Source: Nemertoderma westbladi
Taxonomy: Eukaryota > Animalia > Xenacoelomorpha
Assembly: GCA_032718475.1 (NCBI GenBank)
Contig: JAUCBJ010005040.1
Coordinates: forward strand, 1-32,861
DNA length: 32,861 nt
Direction: 5' to 3'
Below, in pieces: positions 31,571-32,861 of the stretch; the stretch's first letter is position 1; each line of letters opens with the position of its first letter. The notes under the pieces are model-generated. The model was not told the origin of the DNA. It saw only the letters and a program-made list of their open reading frames with translations, and searched no databases. A program made the position numbers and the translations under genes.

Positions 31571-32861
31571 TTCTTAATTTTTCGCAAAAAAAAATATTTT
31601 TAATTTTTGACTAAATTTCGGTTCTGGTGCTCCAAATTCAATAAAATTGGTATATTCTTTGCCGTAATTTTTTTTTCTATCTTTTGAGAGGGGGTATTTT
31701 TGGCCCCAAAAAAATGAAAAAAAAGGGCCAAAATTACGCGATATTTTTCGACCCTTAAAACTCGTTATTTTAATTATAAATGTTAAGAAAAAAGATAGTG
31801 GAGTTAATTTGCTACATTTTACAGGAACTTTTGGCGCAAAAAGTTAAATTATAATGTAATGGCGATTTATTAAAAAAAAATTTTTTCGTCCCTTTTTTAT
31901 AAGTATGTATATTTCACACGATCGTCTGCCGCTTCAGTTATATAATAGCTATGGCGCTGTAACTACCGTTGAAAGATAGATAATTTGACGCTCTATAAGA
32001 CTGTTTAAATAAGTCTCCCAGACCTTATGTATTTTTCGAGCTAGACGAGTTCCCGCGAAGCGAGTTTGAAGCGTGAAATTATAATTTGGGCCCTAATTTT
32101 TTTAATATCGTTTGCGCGGCAAAACCAATCGAATATTTGGATTCCCCGTATCGATATTAACCGTATAAAATGTACTTTAACCATTCAAGAGTCAAAAATA
32201 AAAAAGTTGTTAGTTATAAACTTTTTATTATTTTCTGGCCCTTTTTGGACCCCTTTGCCTACATATTTTTTGTACCCCCATTCGATAGGAATGTAGCCCC
32301 TGTGGTCTTCTACGCTTTCCGAAAAAGAATTGGCAGATTCCTACTAGCGTTGTCGAATTAAAAATTTTGGAAATAATAATTATGTAAAAAAGATGGAAAA
32401 AACGGACAAAGTTACGGCCCCTTTTTCCACCCGAAATATTAATAAATATCTTACCCCCATTCGATACGAAGGTAGTACCACTCTTCCCCTTTCCAACCGC
32501 GTTAATTTCGTCCCCGTACGATTAATATTAGCCGAGTCAGAGCGGATCCCGCAAAGCCATTTTGTCCGTTTTTTCAACTTTGACGGACAATTTCGGGAAA
32601 AAGGCGTGGTAATCTTTTTTGAAAAAAAAAACGAATTCACTAATTAATCCCTTCTATCGTATCCCGGCGTCGGCTAAGCAATAACCTAGGGTTTTTTCGA
32701 GCCACTGTAGAGCGCCTTTCAAAAAATTTTTAAAATTGTCGAAAAAATGACGGTTTTTTGTCCGCCGTGTCCGTCGAGGGGATAGATTTGCTAATGTTAG
32801 AGTGGCTAATATCTTAGAATTCCGAGCCGCTCCCCTGGTGCGAAAATAAAAAAATTTGGTC

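Overview
AT-rich, intron-containing animal genomic DNA, most likely from a marine invertebrate; it is not prokaryotic. The only host gene I can support is the 3' half of an alpha-actinin gene on the + strand. It has six exons with canonical splice sites (7473-7639, 8580-8709, 9049-9206, 10080-10252, 16098-16248, 18296-18482) that splice in frame and encode spectrin repeats 3-4 plus the calmodulin-like EF-hand domain. The earlier exons probably lie upstream of the window. The rest is mostly transposon and satellite DNA: two 5'-truncated RTE-type LINEs, a P-like MITE, a foldback element whose arms are tandem arrays, a tRNA/Nin-Deu-type SINE with an internal 63-bp array, four clustered non-autonomous Helitron-like elements carrying phased RFX X-box-like palindromes, several minisatellites and older retroelement scraps. 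Most ORFs in the supplied track are repeat artefacts. I see no convincing wholly new biological system. The most unusual items are (i) a minisatellite built from the actinin exon end plus its 5' splice site, giving six tandem donors, (ii) the hybrid Helitron/Helentron cluster, and (iii) a strong excess of TA-flanked palindromes that look like transposon excision footprints.
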